This document shows positions 1-9,960 of a DNA stretch of 64,000 nt, one piece after another. The translations under genes and the position numbers were made by a program. Each line of letters opens with the position of its first letter. Position 1 is the first letter of the stretch. The notes beneath the pieces were generated by a model. The model did no database searches. It was not told where the DNA came from and was given only the letters and a program-made list of their open reading frames with translations. This DNA is from an uncultured Bacillota bacterium (GTDB lineage Bacteria; Bacillota_I; Bacilli_A; RFN20; CAG-826), in the NCBI GenBank assembly GCA_949287245.1, contig CASEFL010000002.1, positions 14,350 to 78,349 on the forward strand. The letters run 5' to 3'.

Positions 1-313
1 CAACATTGTCAGGAGAAGTAACAAGTTCTAAAAGTTCAAAAAGATAGGCATTTCCACCAGCCTCATCTAAACAGTGCGCATTAATAAGTTCATTAATAAT
101 AGCTTGTACATCAATTGGGTCGCGACGATCCGCGACCGCTTTAATTGCACGAAAAATCAAAATATGCCTGGGGTCGATGCCGGAGAAAGAATTTTCAGTT
201 AAAGAGGCAAGCCCTAAAGCACAAGCATCTGGATCAATAATCATTGACCCAAGTACAGCTTGTTCTGCATAAAGATTATTCGGGACAGGAAAAGAATACT
301 TTGCACTTGCCAC
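1..313 (-). CDS. dnaB: Replicative DNA helicase DnaB, N-terminal part (runs off window start)
   Basis: Manual translation from GTG at 313: MASAKYSFPVPNNLYAEQAVLGSMIIDP...RHILIFRAI...PIDVQAIINEL...AGGNAYL, typical of the DnaB N-domain; GGAGG upstream; follows rplI as in Firmicutes. Confidence 0.93.
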   Translation of the reverse strand, partial: MASAKYSFPVPNNLYAEQAVLGSMIIDPDACALGLASLTENSFSGIDPRHILIFRAIKAVADRRDPIDVQAIINELINAHCLDEAGGNAYLFELLELVTSPDNV

Positions 314-314
314 C

Positions 315-776
315 TTACTTATCCTCCGATATATGAACCGTTACAGTACCAAGAACTTGCCCTGCACTTCCCTTATATAATTCGATGCGCAATTTTGTAT
401 AACCAAAAGCGTTTGCAGGATATTTATCAATAAACTTTCTTTTATCAATTTGAATACCCCATTGTTCCTTTAAACCTGCCTCAATTTCTTTCGGAGAAAT
501 TGTGCCAAACATCCTTCCGTCTTTCCCTGCTTTTGCTTTAAATTCAACAGAAAGATGCTCTAAGCGTTTGGCAACTTCTTCTGCTTCTTCCTTTAAAGCT
601 ACTTGTCTTTTTGCCTCCTGTGCTTCTAAGGCTTTTAATCGATTTAAAGATTCAGGCGAAGAAATAACCGCTAATCCTCTAGGAATAAGAAAATTATTGC
701 CATATCCATCAGAAACATTCACAACTTGGCCCTTTTTACCAACACCTTTAACATCAGCTAACAAAATAATTCTCAT
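315..776 (-). CDS. rplI: 50S ribosomal protein L9
   Basis: MRIILLADVKGVGKKGQVVNVSDGYGNNFLIPRG L9 signature; gdpP-rplI-dnaB synteny. Confidence 0.98.
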   Translation of the reverse strand: MRIILLADVKGVGKKGQVVNVSDGYGNNFLIPRGLAVISSPESLNRLKALEAQEAKRQVALKEEAEEVAKRLEHLSVEFKAKAGKDGRMFGTISPKEIEAGLKEQWGIQIDKRKFIDKYPANAFGYTKLRIELYKGSAGQVLGTVTVHISEDK

Positions 777-785
777 AATTACCTC

Positions 786-2855
786 CTATTTATGATTCTC
801 TAATCCTTCGCTTGTCCTTGCAGTATCTAGATATTCTTCTAATACCTCATTTAAGGCAGCTAATACCTCAGGAATCGTCTTCACATGATACATATGGTTA
901 GGAAATTGGCAGCCAGCCATTTGGAAATGACCGCCTCCTCCAAGTTTTTCTGTTAAAAGCTGAACATTAACCGTTCCATCACTCCGACACGATAACGATA
1001 TGGTTTGAGAATCAATTTTTCCTGCGACAAAAACGGCATTGACCCCTTTAATTTGCATCGCTTGATTCGCCGCCCTGGCTAAAGAAGCGCGCTGCATAAT
1101 TCCGTCTTTTTCATCAGCATCACACCATACAATTCCAGGTTTTAAGGTTTTCATTGAAGACAAAATTTTTGTGGTTAAAGAAAATTCTTCATACCCGTCT
1201 TTCAAAAATTCATAAGCGCGGGAATTATCCGCACCATATTCCTTTAAAACCTCTGCTGCTTCAAAAGTCATTGAACCCGTAGCTTTACTTTTAAAGAATT
1301 CTGAATCAAGAAAGATACCGCTTAACATAATCGTGGCAGAAGAAGGAGCCAAATTAATCTTTGGATTCGCAGTTGCATACCGAATTAACATCGAAATTAA
1401 TTCACAGGCGGAAGATGCACTTGGTTCAATTTGGGATAAAACAGGGTGTTCAATAAACTTTTGCCCGCGCCGATGATGATCAATCACGACTACTTTGTTA
1501 CTTTGCTCGATTAGTTTTGGGCTTAAAGTACGAGAAGGGTCCGAAACATCAACAACAATTACTAAAGTGGATGCTTTGCATTCTTTTAATGCCCCGTCAG
1601 GAGTAACAATCATCTTTTCAAATTCTGCTTTGGTATAAGAACCGCAGAAGGCAAGACGGGCCTTTGTTTCAAAATGCGTTTGTGAATACACAATTTGACA
1701 CTTAATTTTCTTTTCTTGGCTATTTTCATTAATCCAATCAACCATAGCCTTAATTCCCAAACAACTTCCAATTGCGTCCATATCGGCCTCTTCATGACCC
1801 ATGACAATGACATTAGATGCCCCTTTAATTAAGGAAATTAAAGAATCGGCAATCGCTCGATATTTCACTTTCGACGTCGCTTCTTGAGAAACTGTTTTCC
1901 CGCCAAAGAAGCGGAGTTCATGACCAAATTGAGAAACAATAACTTGGTCCCCTCCTCTGGACATGGCTACATCAAGAGCGCTTGCGGCCATATCATTCAA
2001 CCGTAAAGGGTCGGGCATGTCATAGGCAAAACCGCAAGATAAAGTCAGACGATTAATATCTCCTTTTACCTTTTCACGGATGGTTTCCAAAATAGCAAAA
2101 CCATTCTCTTCCATTCTTCGTAAATTCGCTGCATTAGAAACACAAAAATATGTTGAACTTCTAACTCTTCTTAATACTGTTCCATAAGAACGGAAATAGC
2201 TTGTAATTTCATTCCGGATATCGTTAATTTTATCTGCCGTTTCATCAGTATCTCCTGCAGCATCATTAAAATTATCAATAGAAATGATACCAATAACTAA
2301 GGTTTGGTCCCGGTTATAAGAAATCGCTTGTTCAATATCTGTAATGTCTTTAAAGATAAAAACCCGCGGATCAGAAAGGAAAGAAACGTTGTAAACTGCC
2401 CCACCTAATTCAACTTTCACAGTTTTGGTTGATGGCCCATTTACAAGCGGGCTAAGACCAGGAATAACATTAAAAATTTCCGCATCAATTAAATCTAGCT
2501 GGCGATCATGGAAGAGGTTGCTTGTCCATAAAACAACATTATCATCATCAACAATAACTAAACCAACTTCCCCAAAGTCATAAGCTTCTTGTAAATCTGC
2601 ACCAATTAAAGAGGCAGTAGAAATGTCATTTTGAATTCTTGTGTGTCCTAAATGAACCAAAGAAAAGAAAAAGAATAAACAATCAACAACCAAAAAGAAG
2701 GAAAGTCCTGCAACTAGATAAATAAGAGAATGAGGAATTTCTTGAAAACCATAAAAATTAAAGTAATAAAAAATTAAAGCCGTACCTGTGATAACAGCCT
2801 CAAAGAGAACAAGTATGGCAGCAACGATACGATATTTCCGAATACTTTCTAACAT
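786..2855 (-). CDS. gdpP: Cyclic-di-AMP phosphodiesterase GdpP (TM-PAS-degenerate GGDEF-DHH/DHHA1)
   Basis: Two N-terminal TM helices, RGGDQV, GHEEADMDAIG, IDHHR, GGGGH; upstream of rplI. Confidence 0.93.
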   Translation of the reverse strand: MLESIRKYRIVAAILVLFEAVITGTALIFYYFNFYGFQEIPHSLIYLVAGLSFFLVVDCLFFFFSLVHLGHTRIQNDISTASLIGADLQEAYDFGEVGLVIVDDDNVVLWTSNLFHDRQLDLIDAEIFNVIPGLSPLVNGPSTKTVKVELGGAVYNVSFLSDPRVFIFKDITDIEQAISYNRDQTLVIGIISIDNFNDAAGDTDETADKINDIRNEITSYFRSYGTVLRRVRSSTYFCVSNAANLRRMEENGFAILETIREKVKGDINRLTLSCGFAYDMPDPLRLNDMAASALDVAMSRGGDQVIVSQFGHELRFFGGKTVSQEATSKVKYRAIADSLISLIKGASNVIVMGHEEADMDAIGSCLGIKAMVDWINENSQEKKIKCQIVYSQTHFETKARLAFCGSYTKAEFEKMIVTPDGALKECKASTLVIVVDVSDPSRTLSPKLIEQSNKVVVIDHHRRGQKFIEHPVLSQIEPSASSACELISMLIRYATANPKINLAPSSATIMLSGIFLDSEFFKSKATGSMTFEAAEVLKEYGADNSRAYEFLKDGYEEFSLTTKILSSMKTLKPGIVWCDADEKDGIMQRASLARAANQAMQIKGVNAVFVAGKIDSQTISLSCRSDGTVNVQLLTEKLGGGGHFQMAGCQFPNHMYHVKTIPEVLAALNEVLEEYLDTARTSEGLENHK

Positions 2856-2873
2856 AGTGGCTCCATTATAAAC

Positions 2874-2897
2874 AAAAAAGGCACCTTATAGGTGCCT
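2874..2897 (-). terminator. Rho-independent terminator after MBL-fold gene
   Basis: AGGCACCT-N3-AGGTGCCT stem followed by a U-run on the minus strand. Confidence 0.8.
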
Positions 2898-2918
2898 CAA
2901 GCAACAGGAAATGAATTT

Positions 2919-3521
2919 TTAATTATCTTTTTTAAGCAAAACGCTTTCATTTAATCGCACAAGCATGGCGCGATTGCTATGTATTTTCATAGCTTGTTCC
3001 ATATCAAAATCTCTGCCAACATGCATGTGCATAGGAATTAGGTGTTTACAGTCCATAATCTCTGCTGCTTTGGCAGCATCCTCTGGACCCATGGTATAAA
3101 AGCCATCAATAGGTAACAAAGCATAATCAATATGTTTTTCTTTTAGATTGGCCATTTCAGGAATCAAATCAGTGTCTCCTGCATGATAAATGGTAATTCC
3201 ATCAACCGTAATTAAATAACCCACAGTTTCCTCTTTTTTATGATGGGAGTTATAAGCAGGAACCGCTTCAATATGAAAACCAAAATAATCAAATGACCGA
3301 TAAATACCTCCATCCAAAGCCTGCTTTGCATGAATAAAAATTGTTTGTTTCTTTCTTACAATTTTCTCAATCGCGTTATGGTCATAATGCTCATGAGTAA
3401 CAAGAACGATATCCGCAGGAGTTAAATACCCGTCTCCGCGGTAAGGATCAATAAATAAAACCCGCCCTTCTGATGAAGTAAGCCGCCATGAAGCGTGCGC
3501 TTGATAGAAAAGTGTTGCCAT
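2919..3521 (-). CDS. MBL-fold metallo-hydrolase (Lactamase_B_3/UlaG-like)
   Basis: IDPY, THEHYDH, YHAGDT, IPMH motifs. Confidence 0.9.
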   Translation of the reverse strand: MATLFYQAHASWRLTSSEGRVLFIDPYRGDGYLTPADIVLVTHEHYDHNAIEKIVRKKQTIFIHAKQALDGGIYRSFDYFGFHIEAVPAYNSHHKKEETVGYLITVDGITIYHAGDTDLIPEMANLKEKHIDYALLPIDGFYTMGPEDAAKAAEIMDCKHLIPMHMHVGRDFDMEQAMKIHSNRAMLVRLNESVLLKKDN

Positions 3522-3529
3522 ATTCCCTC

Positions 3530-4162
3530 CTACTTATCAAATAAAAATCCCTCTTTAAAGTATCTCTCACCCCACGAAGAAGGAAAGTATTTTTCCGGCA
3601 AAAGAAATATTTCCTTAGAAAATGAAGGTGCAGAAAGAATTAAATTTAACCCCAAGTGCAAAGTGCTTACATGAGCAATAATCCATTCGGTAATTGTTAA
3701 ATAAATAGGGACATCAAGATGAAAAGATTCCGGTAACAAGTATGAAGAAACGCGCGATAAAGGTTCGTTAATTAAATGTAAAAATTCTTTCGTTTTCTTA
3801 TCAAGAAAATCATATTTACCCCGCAAAGCACGTATTTTTTTACAGATTTCTTTATACATTGATGGATTTTTTTCTACCTTTAAAGAAGGCGAATGAAGAA
3901 TCCAAATGGGATGTTCATAACTTCCTTTATGAAAATCCCATTGTTGAAAAACATAACCAAATGATACTTTCCCGTTTTCAAAAACTTTCTTTCTTTTGTA
4001 GTAATTCAACGTTAAAAATCCAAGTAACCGATTTTTTAGTGTTTCGCGGTTTAATAAAAAAGCATAATCTTTTTTCGTAAATGAAAGTCGTTCTTTCTCA
4101 TAAAGAACATTTGCTTCCTGAATTATTTTCTCAAAATCCATAAAAACATTATCATCTATCAT
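3530..4162 (-). CDS. Hypothetical protein
   Basis: 210-aa ORF co-oriented with and 8 nt from the MBL gene; no recognised motif. Confidence 0.7.
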   Translation of the reverse strand: MIDDNVFMDFEKIIQEANVLYEKERLSFTKKDYAFLLNRETLKNRLLGFLTLNYYKRKKVFENGKVSFGYVFQQWDFHKGSYEHPIWILHSPSLKVEKNPSMYKEICKKIRALRGKYDFLDKKTKEFLHLINEPLSRVSSYLLPESFHLDVPIYLTITEWIIAHVSTLHLGLNLILSAPSFSKEIFLLPEKYFPSSWGERYFKEGFLFDK

Positions 4163-4222
4163 TCATTTTAAGTGAAGTATTGGATAAAACGTGCTACATT
4201 CCCGTGCTAGTGGAGGATATAC

Positions 4223-5626
4223 ATGGTTAGCAAAAAACTTGCCTTAGACGTAATCAACATCGCCCTCAGTACCGGCGGAGATTACGCTGAACTTTATGTA
4301 GAAAAAACAAACACTGAAGTTATCCATATTGATTTAGGAAAAGTGGAATCTTCAGCAAGAAACGTTTATCTTGGCGCAGGACTTAGAATCTTTAAGGGCC
4401 TAAATTCTCTTTATGGGTACACATCAGACTTGTCGAAAAAAGGGCTTTTCTCTTTAGCGAAAAACTTATCCGCAGGTTTTTCAGATAAACAGCAGCTTGT
4501 TGTGAAAAATTTTAGAAAAGAAAAAACTCCTAAGATTTGTCCAATTGAAAATCCTGTGATTGATGTTGACGATAACGAAAAAGTTTCTTTCCTAAAAAAG
4601 ATTGATCACGCAACACATATCGATCCCCGAATTGTTCGTAGTCACACTCACCTAACTACAACGAGAAAAACAATTGAAATATATAAAGCCGAAGAGGAAA
4701 GTGGTTCGCACATCGAGACAATTGAAGATGTCGCAAGAATTGTTACAACAGCTACCGCAAAAGAAGAGGAAAAAATAGAATCAGGTTCAGTTAATTTTGG
4801 TGCCTCCGCAAGTTGGGATACTTTTATCAAAAAAATCAATCCTCAAGAGTTTGGAGAAAAAGCTGCCAAAAAAGCTTTATCTTTATTTAACGCAAAAGAA
4901 TGCCCTTCAGGAAAATTTCCTGTTGTTATCGGTAATGGTTGGGGAGGAGTTCTCTTCCATGAGGCCTGCGGTCATAGTTTAGAAGCCTCTTCTACAGCAA
5001 AAGGACAGTCTGTGTTTTCAAATTGTATTGGCAAGCAAATTGCTTCTCCTTTGGTTTCTGCCTTTGATGATGGTTCGCTTCATAACTACTGGGGCAGCAC
5101 AAATATGGATAGTGAGGGTGTAAAAACCAAAAAGAATGCCCTTATTAAAAACGGGATTTGTGTTGGTTATTTAATTGACAAATTAAATGGACGAAGACTG
5201 AATATGGCACCCACTGGTTCTTGCCGAAGAGAAGATTATAGTTCCACCCCAACATCACGGATGAACAACACCTATATTGCTCCTGGTAAAGATAACCCTG
5301 AAGATATTATTCGGGATACGAAATTAGGATTATATGTTGTTGATTTTGGTGGTGGATCCGTTGATACAATGACTGGTGAATTTAACTTTGCCGCAACCGA
5401 AGCCTATATTATCCGCGATGGAAAAGTTGCTGAACCAGTAAAAGGGTGCATCCTTATTGGAACTGGCAAAGAAGTTTTAATGAATATAGATCATGTTGGT
5501 AATGACTTGGCTTTTGGATGTGGAATGTGCGGTGCTTCATCAGGCTACGTCCCTGTTACCGTTGGTCAACCAACAATCCGCGTTAAAGAAATTACCGTTG
5601 GCGGAAGAGGAGGAGAATTAAAATGA
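4223..5626 (+). CDS. tldD: TldD metalloprotease
   Basis: YAELYVE, GAGLRI, HEACGH (HExxxH), SRMNNT, C-terminal GMCG...GQP; GGAGG SD. Confidence 0.93.
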   Translation: MVSKKLALDVINIALSTGGDYAELYVEKTNTEVIHIDLGKVESSARNVYLGAGLRIFKGLNSLYGYTSDLSKKGLFSLAKNLSAGFSDKQQLVVKNFRKEKTPKICPIENPVIDVDDNEKVSFLKKIDHATHIDPRIVRSHTHLTTTRKTIEIYKAEEESGSHIETIEDVARIVTTATAKEEEKIESGSVNFGASASWDTFIKKINPQEFGEKAAKKALSLFNAKECPSGKFPVVIGNGWGGVLFHEACGHSLEASSTAKGQSVFSNCIGKQIASPLVSAFDDGSLHNYWGSTNMDSEGVKTKKNALIKNGICVGYLIDKLNGRRLNMAPTGSCRREDYSSTPTSRMNNTYIAPGKDNPEDIIRDTKLGLYVVDFGGGSVDTMTGEFNFAATEAYIIRDGKVAEPVKGCILIGTGKEVLMNIDHVGNDLAFGCGMCGASSGYVPVTVGQPTIRVKEITVGGRGGELK

Positions 5627-6942
5627 ATTTAACTTCATGGAAAGAGGCTTTAAAAGAATACGATATTCATGAATGGCAACTTAGTTACAACCATTCCTCA
5701 ACATTTAGTTACCGCTTATATCATGGTGAATTAGATAAATATACCGTTTCTTCTTCCAAGCGCCTTTCTGCACAAGCCTTTTATCAAGGACACTTTGTTA
5801 CTGCCTATAGCGAAGATACTAGCAAAGAAGGCTTAAAGTCCCTAGTGAAAGCTTTAGTGAATGCCGCCTCTATTTCTGAAACAGAAGCAGCAGTTGGTCT
5901 ATATCCAGGAAGCCCTCATTATAAAAAGAGAAAAGTAAATCTTTTGTCCTTAGAAAATATGACCTCTCTTGATAAGATTTCCCTTGGAAAAAAGGTTGAA
6001 TCCTATTTAGAAAAAGAAGAGGGAGTAGAAGATGTTATGGAAATTGCATTCCAAAACAATTTCCGGGAAGAAGAAGTTTATAACTCTTTCGGCTTAAAAC
6101 TTAAAAATAAATCAGGTTCTTGGTTTTTAAGCGCTGTTGTCTCAGGAAAAGATGGAGAACGTTCTATCGACATGGGTGATGTTGCTTATGGAGAAGATTT
6201 TTCCTCTTTTGATCCACAAAAATTTGCCGCTCATATAGGCGAAGAATTGCGTAAGAAAAAAGGGGCAACATCTTATCCAAGTGGTAAATATCCAGTCGTA
6301 ATAAACCGGGAAATTTTTGCTACCTTTGTAAATTCTTACATTAATTGTTTATCCTCCGTACGGATTCAAAAGCACACAAGTCCTCTTGAAGGAAAAAAAG
6401 ATCAAAAAGTGGCTTCTTCCCGTCTTACCATAGAAGAACGACCCCTAGATAAAACAATTTTCTTTGAAAGTTGGGATGATGAACTTGTTGCAAAAAAGAA
6501 CTTAACTCTTGTAAAAAATGGAGTGATTAAAGAATATCTTTATAACCGTGAGACCGCAAAAAAAGATGGGGTCGAAACGAACGCTCATGGAGTAATTGCA
6601 GGAGGCAAAGTAGATGTTGCCTCAAGTTATTTAAAAGTCCGTCCAGGAAAAGGATCTTTAAGTGATCTTGTTAAACCAATTAAACAAGGCGTTTATATCA
6701 CAGATATTGCTGGATATGGTACAGGTTTAAATGCTTATAACGGTGACTTTTCTTGCCAAGCTCAAGGATTTGCCATTGAAAACGGAGAAATTACTCGTCC
6801 CTTAACTTTAATTACTTTAAGTGGAAATCTTCTTTCCTTAATGCGCGACATAAAAGCATTCGATTCTGAAAGCAAAGAAAACCTTAATGGTATCTGCTGC
6901 CCAAATGTTTATATAAAAAAGATGTCTATTGGCGGGGAATAA
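5623..6942 (+). CDS. pmbA: PmbA/TldE family protein
   Basis: ATGA overlap with tldD; GDFS, GFAIENGEI, ITLSGNL motifs; lacks HExxxH as expected. Confidence 0.88.
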   Translation: MNLTSWKEALKEYDIHEWQLSYNHSSTFSYRLYHGELDKYTVSSSKRLSAQAFYQGHFVTAYSEDTSKEGLKSLVKALVNAASISETEAAVGLYPGSPHYKKRKVNLLSLENMTSLDKISLGKKVESYLEKEEGVEDVMEIAFQNNFREEEVYNSFGLKLKNKSGSWFLSAVVSGKDGERSIDMGDVAYGEDFSSFDPQKFAAHIGEELRKKKGATSYPSGKYPVVINREIFATFVNSYINCLSSVRIQKHTSPLEGKKDQKVASSRLTIEERPLDKTIFFESWDDELVAKKNLTLVKNGVIKEYLYNRETAKKDGVETNAHGVIAGGKVDVASSYLKVRPGKGSLSDLVKPIKQGVYITDIAGYGTGLNAYNGDFSCQAQGFAIENGEITRPLTLITLSGNLLSLMRDIKAFDSESKENLNGICCPNVYIKKMSIGGE

Positions 6943-6956
6943 AATAAATGCAAAAA

Positions 6957-6988
6957 TTAAAAGACAGGCAAGAACGCCTGTCTTTTAA
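6957..6988. terminator. Bidirectional terminator between convergent genes
   Basis: TTAAAAGACAGGC-N6-GCCTGTCTTTTAA perfect inverted repeat. Confidence 0.85.
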
Positions 6989-7019
6989 AATTAGAAAAAT
7001 AATTAAACTTTTGCAGGGA

Positions 7020-8225
7020 TTATTCCTTATTTTCATTAGAAGAATTTTCTTCTTTGTCGCTAGCAACTTCTTCCTCTTTTTTCTCTTCTAAGTTATAAGC
7101 AGAAAAATCCCAATCCGGATTCGCTTTCGCAATAATTGAAAGAGCTTCAAGAATTAATTTTTCTTCAATTTTCTGTTTCCCTGAAGGTGCTTTACGAATG
7201 ATACGATCACTAGCGTCCAAAGCACGAATTGTTTCTTGATAAGATTTATCAAGTAATCCTGAAATTAAAAGATGCGCGCGAAGAGCAGGAGCGCTGCCCA
7301 TCAAAGAAGCATATTTTTTTGCTTCAATGGACATTTCCTTATAAGCTTTCTCCCCTTCTTCTTTGTTCTCTTTTAATAAAAGCAAAGAAAGTTTTTGGCA
7401 AACCGCTTCTCGATAAAGACGATCCGATAAGGTTTGTTCACTTAAAATTGCCTTCTCCGCAATTGCAATTGCCTCATCAATTTTTCCTTCTTCTAAGCGT
7501 CGGTAAAAGGTAATGTCGTTAACGTTATAAGTAAAATCAGTAACAACATCATAAACTTCAATTTCCTCTACAGGTAAACCCATAGCAACTTGATAATTCC
7601 CGAGTAAAAGCTGGTTGTAGGCAATTCTATTTGTACGATTTGTAAGAATTGTTAATAAATAACCATCATTTTTATTATCTAACGAGGCAGGGAAAATCAT
7701 GTAAAAATAGAAAATTGCCCCAACCGTTAAGATTGTTGTACAAAACATGTCCCAAGATACAGCATTAGGATTTGTTTCTGCGCTTACCCCTTTAAAGACG
7801 CCAATAAGAACACCTAACACGATTGCCTCAATTAAGAAGAATACTAAAGGCATATAAACCATTGCCTGAGGTTTGTTTTTCTCAACATCTTTCGGATAAA
7901 CAAGAGTTTCTCCTGTTAAACCATCAAAGGAACGGAAACTAAAGCTCATTTTGTTTGTGTCTTTGTTTTTTGCAAAACAAAAGAAAAGAATATTCACAGA
8001 ATAAATGTTATATCCTCCAATTTTCGCTCCAATAATATGCCCAAGTTCAATAAAGATAGCATTCCCAATAACTCCAACAATTAAGGCAATAATGAGCAGC
8101 AATATCGGATTCATTAACGATCCTGCTGCTTCGCTTAATGGACGAATAACGCCAAGTCCAACACCAATCGCTATCCCTAGCATTGCGGCGTAGACTACCC
8201 ATGATAGGATTTCGTTCTTTTTCAT
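7020..8225 (-). CDS. Membrane protein, site-2-protease (M50)-like with degenerate HExxH and helical C-terminal domain
   Basis: IELGHIIGA in a TM segment (HELGH expected), later P..xxNDGY motif, about 4 TMs. Confidence 0.7.
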   Translation of the reverse strand: MKKNEILSWVVYAAMLGIAIGVGLGVIRPLSEAAGSLMNPILLLIIALIVGVIGNAIFIELGHIIGAKIGGYNIYSVNILFFCFAKNKDTNKMSFSFRSFDGLTGETLVYPKDVEKNKPQAMVYMPLVFFLIEAIVLGVLIGVFKGVSAETNPNAVSWDMFCTTILTVGAIFYFYMIFPASLDNKNDGYLLTILTNRTNRIAYNQLLLGNYQVAMGLPVEEIEVYDVVTDFTYNVNDITFYRRLEEGKIDEAIAIAEKAILSEQTLSDRLYREAVCQKLSLLLLKENKEEGEKAYKEMSIEAKKYASLMGSAPALRAHLLISGLLDKSYQETIRALDASDRIIRKAPSGKQKIEEKLILEALSIIAKANPDWDFSAYNLEEKKEEEVASDKEENSSNENKE

Positions 8226-9406
8226 TGTTTTTCTCCTTTATTCCTATAAGCAAGACGATAAATCGCTTCACAATCTTTTATCGATAAACTTTGTGTAAGA
8301 CGACCAACCGTGCGTGTGCCATCTTTTGTTACCATTAAAGCAAAACGATGAATATCTTCTTTTTTAATTCCACATTCCTTTAAAGAAGTGCGAAGAGAGA
8401 AGCTTTTTGCAAGTTTTTCCCAAGCACTTAAAAACATTATAGCCTGCTCTTCTTTCTCTTCATGAGAAAGATTTAATAATGTTCTTCCTAAAAGAGCCAA
8501 TTTATTGAGATTTTTAGCAAAAGTATATTTCGCCCATGAAGAAAAAATAATAGCAATGCCTTCCCCGTGAGCAATCGTAGGATAACAAGCAGAAACTGCG
8601 TGTTCTAAAGGATGAACAACAAAAGATTGAACCTTTCCTATTCCGGTTAATCCGTTGTGAGATAACGAACTTAAAAGTAGAGCTTCAGCCCGGGCTTTTT
8701 TATCTTGCAAGTCACCGATTAATTTATTCCCTGCATCGTATAGTCTTTTGATCACAGTTAAAGCAAAATCATCACCAATTTCGCTATCCCCGTCTTCAAA
8801 AAACCGTTCAAGAGAATGTGCCATAGAATCAATAATTCCACAGCCTGTTTGAAATAAAGAAACATGATAGGTAAGTACAGGATCTTCAATAGCAAGAACC
8901 GGGCGAATAAAATCGGAATTAAAGCCACCTTTAAAATCTTCTTTATAAGAAGAAATAACACAGGAATCAGAGCATTCTGATCCTGCAGATGCAATGGTTG
9001 GTATAGCTATAACAGGATAGGCACTAGATAAAACTTCTTCCTTTTTATTAAAACGTAAAGGATCACCAATTTTCCCAAGATTTGCCGCTACACACTTTGC
9101 TACATCAATGACGGAACCTCCACCAATAGCAAGCAAGCAATCAACAGGATTGTTTTTAATGAAAGAGAGAATGTTTTCTACATGAGAAATATCCGGATTT
9201 GGAGTAATTCCTCCATACTCAATATAAGAAATTCCATGCAAATCAAGGCTATTTAATACGATTTTTCGTAAACCGCTAGAGACAAAGTGCTTTTCTCCAT
9301 AAAGCAAAAGAACTCTTTTCCAAGAAGAAAGATACTGACCTATATCAGAAGATACACCTTCACCAAAGATTATTTTTGTCCGTGGATAAAAAGAAAATTC
9401 TTCCAT
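8222..9406 (-). CDS. Iron-containing alcohol dehydrogenase (butanol dehydrogenase-like)
   Basis: AIGGGSVIDVAK, IPTIASAGSE, DSMAHSLE, HPLEH, HGEG. Confidence 0.92.
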   Translation of the reverse strand: MEEFSFYPRTKIIFGEGVSSDIGQYLSSWKRVLLLYGEKHFVSSGLRKIVLNSLDLHGISYIEYGGITPNPDISHVENILSFIKNNPVDCLLAIGGGSVIDVAKCVAANLGKIGDPLRFNKKEEVLSSAYPVIAIPTIASAGSECSDSCVISSYKEDFKGGFNSDFIRPVLAIEDPVLTYHVSLFQTGCGIIDSMAHSLERFFEDGDSEIGDDFALTVIKRLYDAGNKLIGDLQDKKARAEALLLSSLSHNGLTGIGKVQSFVVHPLEHAVSACYPTIAHGEGIAIIFSSWAKYTFAKNLNKLALLGRTLLNLSHEEKEEQAIMFLSAWEKLAKSFSLRTSLKECGIKKEDIHRFALMVTKDGTRTVGRLTQSLSIKDCEAIYRLAYRNKGEKQ

Positions 9407-9960
9407 TAATCATGCTCCTCTTTTGCCATGGCTACTAAGGCAGGATAAAGCTTGTCATTAGCAAGATTGGCAAATTTTCGCATTCTTTTTTCAAATCTTA
9501 GAGGAGTCACATCCAAATCACGAAAAACAAAACGGAATTCATCCTCAACAATAGAACCCATTCTTCTGGCTAAAATTCGTGCTTCTTTTTTATTTAAGCC
9601 TCCTTGTTCAGGCAAAACGGCAATTTCTAAAAACTTTGTCATCATTTTTGATAAAACAAAACTATCCGCAATATCATGGGCAGAAGATCCATAGGTTGCC
9701 TTTAAAAACGCAAAATGATTTTTTGCATAGCCAACCAATTTTAAAATCGCGTTTTTAGGATCTTTTGCTCGATCTAAATCAGGAATCCGTTCGTCAAGAA
9801 AAATTTCACCGATTAAATCGTAAATATTTCGATAGTGATAATAAAAGGTTTGACGATGAACCTTACATTTTTGGCACAAAGAAGTAACGTTAATTTGATC
9901 TAAAGACATTTGCTCCATCATTTCTTTTAAAGCGTCTTTAAATTTTCCGTTTGTTCTCAT
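9406..9960 (-). CDS. TetR/AcrR family transcriptional regulator
   Basis: INVTSLCQKCKVHRQTFYYHY HTH. Confidence 0.88.
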   Translation of the reverse strand: MRTNGKFKDALKEMMEQMSLDQINVTSLCQKCKVHRQTFYYHYRNIYDLIGEIFLDERIPDLDRAKDPKNAILKLVGYAKNHFAFLKATYGSSAHDIADSFVLSKMMTKFLEIAVLPEQGGLNKKEARILARRMGSIVEDEFRFVFRDLDVTPLRFEKRMRKFANLANDKLYPALVAMAKEEHD

